Below are positions 32,027 to 46,945 of a stretch of 64,000 nucleotides of DNA, piece by piece. The notes beneath the pieces are model-generated. The model searched no databases and was not told the DNA's origin. It saw only the letters and a program-made list of their open reading frames with translations. The stretch is taken from assembly GCF_009914755.1 (NCBI RefSeq), contig NC_060929.1, one strand, 5' to 3'. Origin of the DNA: the human T2T-CHM13v2.0 reference genome, Homo sapiens. A program made the position numbers and the translations under genes. How positions within the stretch are numbered: the first letter of the stretch is position 1; every line of letters begins with the position of its first letter.

Positions 32027-32467
32027 AGATCCACTCTCTGCCCCTCCCCAACTGCTCTCTAGGCCAGAGGGGCTGACCTTATGGCCCACACCCATGAGCT
32101 CCCATGGCCTCTGTTTCCATCTGGGATTGGCCAGTGGGGAGCATCAGTAGGCGACTGGGAAGAGGGAGAAACAAGAGTGAAGTTAGAATCTTTCTTTCCC
32201 CATCCCCTTCCCTAGAGGATCACAGCAGACTGGCTGTGTTCTTCAACCCAAGGGCTGAGCTCCTGTTCCTTGGCCCTCTCTCTGGTTCTAGTACCCACTC
32301 TCCCTTACCCCTCAGGCACCTTGCTGCAGCTGTCCCTAGAGGACTGCACTGTCCTTGTGATTTACATACACAGGGCCCACATCTTTATAAATAGTCCCTT
32401 GATGAAATTCTCAGATTACCCATTTTGAAAGTGCCATCTGTTTTCTGCCAGGAACCTGGCTGATACA
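32027..32467 (+). mobile_element. ERVL solo LTR, LTR33-like
   Basis: cagatccactctctgcc..gtgccatctgttttctgccagg..ctgataca terminus. Confidence 0.65.
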
Positions 32468-33324
32468 CTTGTCATAAAGAGAAAGTAATTGACAGTGATA
32501 ATACAATTATGCTATTACGTTCTAACCAAATGTAAAAAGGGATGAATAATTTTTATATAATGCTATAGAATGAGCTTCAGGGAATATTAGTAAAAAGTGA
32601 ACAAACCATTAAAAACAAAGTGCAGAGCAATGTTTAGACTGCAAGAGAGAGAAAAATAAAAACATGCACATGTGCATTTGCTCACATACCCAAAAAGAAG
32701 CAACTGAAAGGTAAAACTAAAAATTAATAGAGATGGTTACCTTAGGGAGAGAGAAAATGTTGTTGATAAAAAGCTAGTGTTCTCTGATTACTTTGTTATA
32801 TAGTTTTAACTTTGGAACTATTAAGTGTTTTGTATAATTAAATTTACATTAAAATAACATAAGCTATTGATTGGCTATACAACGTTCTTTTGCACCACAA
32901 ATTCCAGGAACATAAAGATAATGGGTAAAGGTCACATAGTGCAACTTATGGTAACAGTTTAGGTTATTTATCAACTAGTCTGGAAGCTTTGGTGAAGGAA
33001 AGAAAGAAAAAAATGCCTTTAAACAATTGTCCCTGGAAAATGGGAGTGGAAGGGGGTGGGTGTCAAGACTGTCTCATACTCATGGTCTCTCACAGCCTGA
33101 TAAATTTTGCACACTCCACATTCTTTGGACAGCTCTGAGCTACTTTTCTTTCTCAAGGGGAAGTTCTTCCTTAAAACATTGAGGAAGCATTGTTAGAAAT
33201 TGAAGATCAACATTTTGCAGCCCCTAAGAGTAATGGGTCAAAGTAACGATTAAGGAATGAGAGGTCGATGAGGAACCATGTAATGGATGGGCCAGGACAA
33301 CAGTACTTGAACCAGTTCAATAAT

Positions 33325-33563
33325 CTTGATAGTTTGTTTGGAGGTTCTAGCAGGGGAGTGCAGCTGTTTGTACACCCTTGACTGAAGACCAGTCCAGCTC
33401 TGTCTGGGATGGTCATCCTCTCAGACCTAGCACTCAGCTTCAGGGGGACGTGCATGGAGTGGTGAGGAAGGACAGGGACACCTGCCTAGCCAGCCAGAGC
33501 AGCCAAATCAACCCTGGCGGTCAATGAGGTGACACATATCGTAGCCAGATCGTCCTCACATCC
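33325..33563 (-). pseudogene. 3'-truncated 7SK RNA retropseudogene (nt ~1-240)
   Basis: Reverse complement starts GGATGTGAGGACGATCTGGCTACG..CCAGGGTTGATTTGGCTG..CCCCTGCTAGAACCTCCAAACAA; TSD ttcaataatctt at 33316-33327 and 33567-33578. Confidence 0.95.
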
Positions 33564-33888
33564 GAATTCAATAATCTTAACATCACTAAGTGTGGGACAA
33601 AGAGACATCTTGTTCTTCATGGTGTGATGTAATAAAATGTGCACACCATGACATAGGAAGTACTTATGGCAAAAGAAATTAACCTGAGTGTAACTACCAG
33701 TTTATGGGAAATACAAAGGAATAGAGAAATGTGTCTAAAAACACAAGAATTAAATCAGCCAAACCAGAATATGGTGAATTTTGCAAGACAAATAACATGA
33801 TTTCTTCAATAAATGAATGGCATGACAAAAGGTGGGGAGTGAAGGGAGGATCTCTAATAGATTAAATGAACCATAAGAATAAAGTGTA

Positions 33889-34307
<419 letters not shown>

Positions 34308-34761
34308 TTACTTTTTTCTCCTGTTTTTTTAGAGGCCTTGCCTTGCAATGTCGCCCAGGCTGACCTCAAACTCTTGGGCTCAAGCAATCCTCCCGTCTCA
34401 GCCTTCCATAGCTAGGACTACAGGCGTGCAGCACCACAGATGGCTAATTAAGGAACTACTTTAATTTTGTTAGATGAGATGAGGGCGATGTGGCTATGTT
34501 GAAAAGAAAGACCTTATCTATTAGCTATAGATACTGAAATATTTATGGGTATCATGATATAATATATGGGATTTATTTTGAATTACTCCTGGGAAAAGGT
34601 ATGTGATGGGGGTGGGTATGTAAAATAAACTGATAGAAGGTTGATAGTAATTCAAGCTAGGTGATGGTCCATGGAAGCTTAATTATATTATTCTCTTTGG
34701 GGTGTGCTTGAAAATATTTATAAAACAATATAACAATATCAAATTAAATTAATGCTATTAG

Positions 34762-35070
34762 GGCCAGTCATGGTGGCTTATGCCTGTAATTCTAGCACTT
34801 TGGTAGGCTGAGGCGGGCGGATCACTTGAGGTCAGGAGTTTGAGACTAGCCTGGCCAACATAGCAAAACCCCATCTCTACTAAAAATACAAAAAATTAGC
34901 TGGGCGTGGTGACGGGCGACTGTAATCCCAGCTACTCAGGAGGCTGAGACAGGACAATCCCTGGAACCTGGGAGGTGGAGGTTGCAGTGAGCTGAGATCA
35001 CACCCACTGCACTCCAGCCTGGGCAAAAGAACGAGATTCCATCTAAAAATAAAATAAAATAAAATAAAAT
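34762..35070 (+). mobile_element. Alu
   Basis: Dimer with (TAAAA)n tail. Confidence 0.95.
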
Positions 35071-35235
35071 TAATTAATTAATGCTGTTAGTTGTGAGGGC
35101 TCTAGGAAAGATTAGCAAGTGTTAGAAAGGTGTTAGCAACTTATTAGCTCCAAACTAAGACTTTCTCCTCTTTATGATCAGAAGCCTTGGAAAAGGCTAT
35201 TCTTTATTCTTTTTTTTTTTTTTTTTTTAAGACTA

Positions 35236-35850
<615 letters not shown>

Positions 35851-36233
35851 AAGACTTTAAAAGGAAACAATTTGGTCACTATGTGGATTCAGTGTTATAT
35901 AATGCTGAAATAATCTACCCAACAAAAATATGCTAAGCATTCTACCTTGGGAAGCCTGGTATTGTAAACCCAGGGATTGGGGAGGGGAGACATGGAATTT
36001 AATTCTCACTCAGTTATGATCTCACTAGGAGTCACCTTGCCCTGGTTCCTTCTTCTGTAAAGTGGGAGAAGTTAGACTAAAAGACCTCTAGGTCTCCCTC
36101 TCTGAAGCTGTGATTCAGTAAATAATGAATAAGTGTCTGACTCATTCAATTATCCAACAATCATTTATGAAACACCTACCATTTACTGTACTGGGTGCTG
36201 GGATGCAGCTGGGCAACCTCCCTGCCTACATAG

Positions 36234-36545
<312 letters not shown>

Positions 36546-38018
36546 TAAATGTACCATTTCTAAGAGAATGTTAGCTATTCAGAAAAATAGATACTGGCCT
36601 AGTAGCACAGTTTGGAAAAAATATGGAGCTGTTTTCTCCCAGATCTCGTGCCTATTTAATTGTCCTGACTCTTCCTCCACAGGCCATCTGTGTTTTAGAA
36701 CAGCTGGGAGGAACAGCTGTTGCCTCCCTGGGACAGAGAATGCAATGCACGAACTGTCCAGGCTGCAGGACATTCTTATCCCTGAAGCTGGGGGTAGAGT
36801 CATTTGAGACAAACACAGGCCCTGAGCATGGGAGGAGTGGTCCTGCAGAGGGAAACCCAGGTGCTGTTACTGGAGGAAGGATCAATGGATGCCAAGGGAC
36901 AAAAGGCACCAGCCCACTACCTTTCTTATCTCACTATTTCACTGCAAGTGTGTACTAGAATAAAGATACCAAACTTTCTCATTTCCTCTGAGGAGAGAAG
37001 CATTAAAAATCCAATTATACTTTTCAATTTATCCCATCAACAGGAATCAGTTCAAAGAACAAATGGTTTTAACTTCTCTATCCCAGTTTTCTCCTTCTTA
37101 GAATGGGCACAATGGTGCCTATACTTATACAGTAGTGAGAAGATTCAGGAAGAGAAATTCCTATAAAAGGTTTAGCACAATGCCTGGCACATAAAAAAGC
37201 CTCAATAAATACCAGTGATTTTATTACCTCTTGTCCACTCAACCCAATTAAGCAACTTCCTGGCTTGCCCAGGCATCCTGGAGTGTGACCTTCCTGTTGA
37301 TTCTCTGTGGCTCCTGTTTTTATCCTCCCCATAGAACCCAGCAAACCCAACCTTGGCCCTGGTCATTTAGCTTATGGCCTATGAGTCATTCTCTGGGTTG
37401 AATGGCCCATGCTTGGGGCTTGCTTGGGGCTCCCAAGAAACCAGTTAAATTCTTGTTTATGAATGTTCTTTGGAATACTAATAACCACTAAAAAAACAAA
37501 CAACAACAACAAAAAACACAGCTAACATGCTAGAATGGATCTAACCCATAGTTTTTCTTGAAGACTTTCCCAAATTCCCTTGGCAGACACACCCAGTGCT
37601 TCTCTCCATTAATACTAACCACAGGGCATACTTACCTGCCTTGCTTTAACCTGTCCTAGTTCTCCTAATCTCATCTAGAACAAATTATTTTACCTTTGGT
37701 TTTAAAGAGGCACTTCCTAGAACCTCCCTAACCATTCTAAATCCTTTACAATTCAACATTCAGTGGTTTCCCATTCCCCATGGGGTCAAAGCCAGAATTC
37801 TCAGCTCACCTCCAAGACCCTCTAACATCTGACCTCAACTCCCGCCATGATCAGCCTGTACTCGATTCTCACTTTAGAGATTATTCCCTATAAGAGCACT
37901 TAGCCACCTTGGTTTTTTTCAAGTTAACAAATACTTGTTGGGCTTTAGACAAGTTTTTTTCCTCTCTGTATAATTTGATAGAAATTTCAGGTGTCTCCAG
38001 GGATAAGGCAGATGTTAA

Positions 38019-38654
38019 TGATATAGGAGTTAAGAATAAATTATTTTAAGTAGATAGCGAGGATATGGAAGTCCTCCTCATCCTTTTAATGAAAAGCAGC
38101 CCACAAATCATTTTCTTTTCTAACAAAGAGCAGCCTATAAAATCGAGCTGCAGACATTCAAAGGCAAGCTAGAAGCTTGCACGAGTGAATGCCAGCAGTT
38201 GTGCCAGCAAGAAAGGGCTACCTGGGGACTAGGCATGTTCAAAATGACAGCTCCATCTTTCCTTTTCCTTGCCAACCACGTGTGCGGTAAGGAGCAGACA
38301 ACATGGCGCCCACCAAGTGGCAAGCTCATTTGCGTAATAAGCAAGATTAGGGTCGGGTGGACAGCTTCCTAGCGCTATGTAAACGTCATACCGAATCCAA
38401 CCAATCTGTGGGCAATATGTAAATCAGGGACTGCCTCCTCAAGCCAGTCTATAAAATCTGGTGCACTCCTCGCAGCTGAAGTCCCACTGGGGCACCTCTC
38501 TCCTTCACAGGATAGAGAGCTATTCTCCTTTCTCTTACTTTTGCCTATTACATCTCAGCTCCTAAACCTACTTCTTGTGTGTCCATGTACTCAATTTCCT
38601 TGGCGTGAGATGATGAACCTCAGGTGTTTACCCAAGACAAACGATGCCACTTCA
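38019..38654 (+). mobile_element. Solo ERV1 (MER4-group) LTR, probably MER50-like
   Basis: TG...CA termini, 4-bp TSD TTAA on both sides; internal CCAATC (38401) and TATAAAA (38450). Subfamily uncertain. Confidence 0.82.
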
Positions 38655-38694
38655 TTAAGATTTGGTAATGTAACCCAGTTTCACACAAGAAGGT

Positions 38695-39045
38695 GGGGAA
38701 GATAGACACCAGAGACTGGGAAGAGTGGGGGTGGCGGGGGGTGGGGGATAAATGGAAGTTGGTTCTGGGTGCAAACAGAGTTAGATGGAAGAGACAAGTT
38801 ATAATGTTTGACAGCAGACTAGGGTGACTATACTTCTATACTTGGCAACAATATTATGTATATTTCAAAGGAACTAGAAGAAAGAACTTGAAATAATACC
38901 AACACATAAAAATGATAAACACACAAGGTGATGAGACCCCAATTACCCTGAGTTGATCATTACACATTCTTTGCATGTAAGAAACACTCACGTGTACCTC
39001 ACAAATATGGAAATTATTATGTATCAATAAAAGGGAAAGAACAAA
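38695..39045 (+). mobile_element. L1MA-type 3' UTR fragment
   Basis: tagggtgactata..tatatttcaaa..accctgagttgatcattacacatt..tatgtatcaataaaa. Confidence 0.8.
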
Positions 39046-40387
39046 AAGGGTAAGGTAGAGCCTGTGGTAAACTGAAGAGTAGCAGCCCTGTCTACAGACA
39101 TTCAAATTCAGAATGTTTAACAATAAAGTGATATCCAAACAAAACACATCTATTAGTCTGGGACCTGAAGAAGATCACAGCTATCAAACTCTTTAATAAT
39201 AGTTTCCCAATTCCAAATGAAATTATACACAGAATCCCATTTTTAAAAGTAGTCATATTTTATCAACTTAAATTTATTTTGTTATGTTTATATGCTTTCT
39301 AAAATATTATTTTATGTGTTTTAAAATTTACTTAAAATGTATGTAAGTGTATATATGTTTATATTGCCATCCAAAAGACCACCAGGACACAAAATAGTAG
39401 AAAGGAGAGGTTTTTTTAATTGTTAATTTTTGTGGGTACATAGTAGGTGAATATATTTATGGGTTACATGAAATATTTTGATACAGGTACACAATACATA
39501 ATAATCACATCAGTGTACCTGGGGTATCCGTCACCTTAAACATTCATCCTTTGTGTTACAACAATCCAATTATACTCTTTTAGCCATTTTCAAATGTACG
39601 ATTACATTATTTTTTACTAGTCACCCTGTTGTGCTAGCAGATATGCCTTATTCATTCATTCTGACTTTTTTTTTTTTAAACCCGTTAACCATCTCCACTT
39701 CCCCCTAATTCCCTCACTACCCTTCCCAGCTTCTGGTAACCATCCTTCTCTATCTCAGTGAGTTCAGTTGTTTTAATTTTTAGCTCCCACAAATAAGTAA
39801 CAACATGCAAAGTTTGTCTTTCTGTGCTTTGCTTATTTCACATAACATAATGACCTTCAGTTCCATCTGTGTTGCTGCAAATGACAGGATCTCATTCTTT
39901 GTTATAGATGAATAGTACTCCATTGTGTGTATGTACCACACTTTTAAATATCCCCATGTCTGTTGATGGGCACTTAGGTTGCTTCCAAATCTTGGCTATT
40001 GTGAATAGTGTTGCAGTAAACATGGGAGTGCAGATATCTCCTCCATATACTAATGTCCTTTCTTTTGGGTATATACCTAGGAGTAGGATTGCTGAATCTT
40101 ATGGTAGTTCTAGTTTTAATTTTTTGAGGAGCCTCCAAACTGTTCTCCGTAGTGGTTATATTAATTTCCATTTCCTTCAACACTATATGAGGGTTCCCTT
40201 TTCTCCATATCCTCACCAGCATTTATTATCGTCTGTCTTTTGGATGAAAGTCATTTTAACTGGGGTGAGATGATATCTCATTGTGGTTTTGATTTGCATT
40301 TCTCTGATGTGCAGTGATGCTGAGCACCTTTTCATGTACTTGTTTGCCATTTGTATGTCATCTTTTGAGAAATGTCTATTCAGATCT

Positions 40388-40663
40388 TTTATTTTTTTAT
40401 TTTTTATTTTTTGTTTTTCTGAGACGGAGTCTCACTCTGTCGCCCAGGCTGGAGTGCAGTGGAGCGATCTCGGCTCACCACAACCTCCACCTCCCATGTT
40501 GAAGCGATTCTCCTGCCTCAGCCTCCCGAGTAGCTGTGATTACAGGCACCTGTCACCACACCTGACTAATTTTTTTGTATTTTTAGTAGAGATGGGGTTT
40601 CACCATGTTGGTCAGGCTGGTCTCAAACTCCTGACCTCATGATCCGCCCGCCTTGGCCTCTCA
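40388..40663 (-). mobile_element. Alu (5'-clipped) inside the L1
   Basis: Alu stops at ttggcctctcaa. Confidence 0.92.
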
Positions 40664-42383
40664 ATATTTTCTTGTAGTAGTTTCATAGTTTGAGGTCTTA
40701 AATTTAAGTGTTTAATCTATTTAGATTTGACTTTTGTATAATGTGGGAGATAGGGGTCTAGTTTCATTTTTCTGTATGTGGATATCCAGTTTTCCCAGCA
40801 CCATTTATTGAAGAGACTGTCCTTTCCGCAATGTATGTTTTTGGTACCTTCATTGAAAATGAATTTGCTGTAGATGTATGGATTTATTTTTGGATTCTTT
40901 GTTTTATTCCATTGGTCTATATGTCTGTTTTGATGCTGTTACTGTGCCATTTTGGTAACTATAGCTCTATAGTATAATTTAAAGTCAGTTTGAAGTATAC
41001 TATAGAGTTATAGTTTTACTATAATTGTACTGTAGAGCTCCAGTTTTGTTCTTTTTCTTAGGATAGCTTTGGCTATTCTGGGTCTTTTGTAGTTGCATAT
41101 AAATTTTAGGACTTTTTTTTCTATTTCTGTGAAGAATGTCATTGGTATTTTGGTAGGAATTGCATTAAATCTCTAGATTGCTTTGCATAGTATGGACATC
41201 TTAACAATATTGATTCTCCTAATCCATGAACATGGAATATCTTTTAATTTTTTTGGTGTCCTCTTCAATTTCTTGGATCAGTGTGTTATAGTTTTCATTG
41301 TAGAGATTTTTCACTTTATTGGTTAATTCCTAGGTATTTTATTTTATTTGTAGCTACTGTAAATGTCATTACTTTATTGATTTCTTTTCAGATCGTTCAC
41401 TGCTGGCATATAGAAATGTTGCTGACTTTTGTATGTTGATTTTGTGTCCTGCATCTTTATTGAATTTATCAGCTTTAATAGTTTTTTTGTGGAGTTTTTA
41501 TGTTTTTCCAAATACAAGATCATATCATCTGCAAACAAGGATAATTTGACTTCTTCCTTTCCAATTTGGATACCCTTTATTTCTTTTGTCTGATTGCTCT
41601 AGCTAGGACTTTCCAATACTATGTTGAATAACAGTAGTGACAGTGGACATCCTTGTCGTGTTCCAAATCTTACGGAAAAAGCTTTCAGTTTTTCCCCATT
41701 CAGTATATTAGTTGTGGGTCTGTCATATGTGGCTTTTGTTATTTTGAGGTTTGTTCCTTCTATACCCAATTTTTTGAGGGTGTTTATCACGAAGAAATGT
41801 TGAAATTTATAAAATGATTACATTGCTTTTGTCCTTCATTTTCTTGACATAATGTATCACATTGATTGATTTGCATATACTGAACCATCTTTGCATCCCC
41901 GGGATAAATCTCACGGGGTCATAATGAATGATCTTTTAAATGTGTTGCTGAATTTAGTTTGCTAGTATTTTGTTGAGGATGTTTGCATTAATATTCATCA
42001 GGAATATTGGGCCCTACTTTTCTTTTTTGCTATGTCTTTGTCTGGTTTTGCTATCAGGATCATACTGGCCTCAGAATGAGTTTGGAAGTATTCCCTCTTC
42101 CCCTGTTTTTTGGAATAGTTTGAGTAGGATTGTTATTAGTTCATTAAATGGTTGGTAGAATTCAGCAGTGAAGTCTTCAGATCTTGGGCTTTTCTTTGTC
42201 GGGAGACATTTTATTATGGCATTGATCTCGTTACTTGTTATTGGTCTATTCAGGTTTTGGATTTCTTCATGGTTCAATCTTGGTAAGTTGTATGTGTCTA
42301 TGAATTTATCCATTTCTTCTAGATTTTCCAATTTATTGGTGAATTGTTGCTAATAGTAACCACTAATGATCCCTTGAATTTCT

Positions 42384-43870
42384 TTCTTTCTTTTTTTTTT
42401 TTTTTAATTGATCATTCTTGGGTGTTTCTCGCAGAGGGGGATTTGGCAGGGTCATAGGACAATAGTGGAGGGAAGGTCAGCAGATAAACAAGTGAACAAA
42501 GGTCTCTGGTTTTCCTAGGCAGAGGACCCTGCGGCCTTCTGCAGTGTTTGTGTCCCTGGGTACTTGAGATTAGGGAGTGGTGATGACTCTTAACGAGCAT
42601 GCTGCCTTCAAGCATCTGTTTAACAAAGCACATCTTGCACCGCCCTTAATCCATTTAACCCTGAGTGGACACAGCACATGTTTCAGAGAGCACAGGGTTG
42701 GGGGCAAGGTCATAGATCAACAGCATCCCAAGGCAGAAGAATCTTCCTTAGTACATAACAAAATGGAGTCTCCTATGTCTACTTCTTAATACACAGACGC
42801 AGCAACAATCTGATTTCTCTATCTTTTCCCCACATTTCCCCCTTTTCTATTCGACAAAACCGCCATCGTCATCATGGCCCGTTCTCAATGAGCTGTTGGG
42901 TACACCTCCCAGATGGGGTGGCAGCCGGGCAGAGGGGCTCCTCACTTCCCAGACGGGGCGGCTGGGCAGAGGTGCCCCCCACATCCCGGACGGGGCGGCG
43001 GCCGGGCGGAGGCGCCCCCCACCTCCCTCCCGGACGGGGCGGCTGCGGGGCGGAGACGCTCCTCACTTCCCAGACGGGGTGGCTGCCGGGCGGAGGGGCT
43101 CCTCACTTCTCAGACGGGGCGGCTGCCGGGTGGAGGGGCTCCTCACTTCTCAGACGGGGCGGCTGGGCAGAGACGCTCCTCACCTCCCAGACGGGGTCGC
43201 GGCCGGGCAGAGGTGCTCCTCACACCCCAGACGGGGCGGCGGGGCAGAGGCGCTCCCCACATCTCAGACGATGGGCGGCCGGGCAGAGACGCTCCTTACT
43301 TCCCAGACAGGATGGCGGCCGGGAAGAGGCACTCCTCACTTCCCAGACTGGGCAGCCGGGCAGAGGGGCTCCTCACATCCCAGATGATGGGCGGCCAGGC
43401 AGAGACGCTCCTCACTTCCCAGACGGGGTGGCGGCGGGGCAGAGGCTGCAATCTCCACACTTTAGGAGGCCAAGGCAGGCGGCTGGGAGGTGGAGGTTGT
43501 AGCTAGCGAAGATCACTCCACTGCACTCCAGCCTGGACAACATTGAGCACTGAGTGAACGAGACACCGTCTGCAATCCCGGCACCTCGGGAGGCCGAGGC
43601 TGGCAGATCACTCGTGGTTAGGAGCTGGAGACCAGCCCGGCCAACACAGCGAAACCCCGTCTCCACCAAAAAAATACGAAAACCAGTCAGTCGTGGCGGC
43701 GCGCCCCTGCAATCGCAGGCACTCGGCAGGCTGAGGCGGGAGAATCAGGCAGGGAGGTTGCAGTGAGCCGAGATGGCAGCAGTACAGTCCAGCTTCGGCT
43801 CGGCATCAGAGGGAGACCGTGGAAAGAGAGGGAGAGGGAAACCGTGGGGAGAGGGAGGGGGAGGGGGAGG
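42384..43870 (-). mobile_element. Full-length SVA retrotransposon
   Basis: Minus-strand order (CCCTCT)n, Alu-like, GC-rich VNTR, SINE-R, poly(A); exact 16-bp TSD gatcccttgaatttct at 42368-42383 and 43871-43886. Confidence 0.98.
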
Positions 43871-43937
43871 GATCCCTTGAATTTCTGTAGTAATAGTTGT
43901 AATGTAGCCTTTTTCATCTTTGATTTTATTTATTTGA

Positions 43938-44418
<481 letters not shown>

Positions 44419-45214
44419 AAAAACATATGATTTTATATATTTTTTAAAACCAGTCAATAAGAAGAATGATCACGAAAACTTGAATTGAAACCAGAGTTTG
44501 GATGACAATTATAGCTTGGATCAGCCTCAGCAGCCAATTTATTGCACAACAATTATTTTATCAGATGATACTGAGAAAATACCAACTTATAGGTATGCAG
44601 TTGTAAATGGCCACTGTTTACAAATAGCTCACCTTGCAACACAGCATATTGCATTTTAGCAGAGAATAAAAGAGAAGCTTTATTCCAAGATCTGCACAAA
44701 CATGTGTTAACCTGATAGCACAAAGATGACAGAGTAGTTGACCCCCAACCTCTCACATTTTATACACGTTTCTTTCCCAGCAATAGAAATCCTGATTTTT
44801 AATTGGGTGCATGAAAAACATAATTTTAAAATAGCATTCCCCAATCTGCTTTGCAGTTAGGTATGGTCATTTAACTAAGTCTGGCCAAAAGAATATAAGC
44901 AGTAGTGTTATATGCAATTTCTGGGAAATGTCCTGCTGACAGAATGCAACTGAGATGGTTGGAGTTTGAATAGCCATTTGGAACATGAGGTTTAAACCCC
45001 ATGTTGAATGTGGCAGAGCCACAAAATATAATCAGTCTAGATCTCTCATGAACCCAGAACCACAATCTCAGCCCTTGATTATTTGCATCCAAATTTTATT
45101 TGTGTGAGGCCAAAACAAATTTTTGTATTGTTGAAGACATTGCTGTTTTGTTTTCTGTCACTTACAGCTGAACCTGACTGATAGAAAAGCTAAACTGATG
45201 AAGCCTTCAGATAC

Positions 45215-45497
45215 TTTTTTTTTTTAAGACTCTCACTCCGTTGCCTACACTGGAGTGCAGGGGTGATCATAGCTCACTGCAGCCTCGAACTCCTGAGCTC
45301 AAGTGATCCTCTTGCTTCACCTTCCTGAGTAGCTGGGACTACAGGCTTGTGTCACCATACCTACTATTTTTTATTTTTTATGGAGACAGGCTCTCACTAT
45401 GTTGACGAGACTGGTCTTGAACTTCTGGTATGAAGCAATCCTCCCACCTTGGCCTCCCAAAGTGCTGGGATTACAGGCATGAGCCACCTCGTCTAGG
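45215..45497 (-). mobile_element. AluJ-like
   Basis: Diverged dimer. Confidence 0.9.
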
Positions 45498-45715
45498 CAA
45501 GTATGTTAAAATTTGATATGTAACATTTATAAGTGTGTCTGTAGCTCCTTATTTAAGATTTCCAAGCAAGCCTCGTATCTAAAACTGTAGTTCTTAAACT
45601 TTTGGTCTCAGAGTCCCTTTATTTCCTTAAAAATTATTATTAATTCCAATAAACTTATATTTAGTAGTTTTTAATCTGTCAATATTTAATGCATTGGCAA
45701 TTAAACAGAGAATAA

Positions 45716-46310
<595 letters not shown>

Positions 46311-46734
46311 CCAACATTATTTTAACCAAATGTTTAGGGAAGCTCTGATACACTTTCAGTGATTTAAATATCTCTTAATAGGATGATGTCTAAGATTCTG
46401 CAGTAGATGTTTGTTTATGATTTATTGAGTTTGATTTGGGGCCACCAGCATCCATTTCCCCTTCTCGGGAACTGTGCCTTGATTTTCCTCTTGGGCAATA
46501 CCCTCTCCTACACTCTTAGCCCCACTTAGAAAAAGGGCATGTGACTAGCCTACGCCATGCCATTCCCCAGGGCCACAGTAACTCTTTCAGGGACGGACAT
46601 GAGATGGGATATAGGACTGCAACAGAGAATCTGGCCTTCTCCTGGGCTTGACTAGGAATGCATGTGAGATCCCAAGTAGCAGGAGCCTCCCTGAGACCAC
46701 AGGGGAAGGCTGCATGAACATGAAGCCAACAGGA

Positions 46735-46945
46735 AAGAGAATAGAGTGGAGAGACAGACAGACAGACAGAGAGAAACAGAGACAGCAGAGAAACAGAAAG
46801 AGAGAAAGAGAAAGAGACAGAGAAACAGAGAGAAACAGAGCCAGACAGAAAAGGGCAGACAGACAAAGAGAGACAGAGAAAGAGAGACTAAGAGAGAGAG
46901 AGAGAGAGAGAGAAAGACAAAGATAGAGACAGAGACACAGAAAGA
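46735..46945. repeat. GA/GACA-rich low-complexity tract
   Basis: Read directly; a similar tract lies at ~29815-30012. Confidence 0.9.

Noticed and set aside
42888-43506. Overlapping 160-200 aa repetitive ORFs and a CRISPR-like periodic repeat
   Set aside because: This is the GC-rich SVA VNTR; there are no unique spacers or cas genes, and the DNA is primate.
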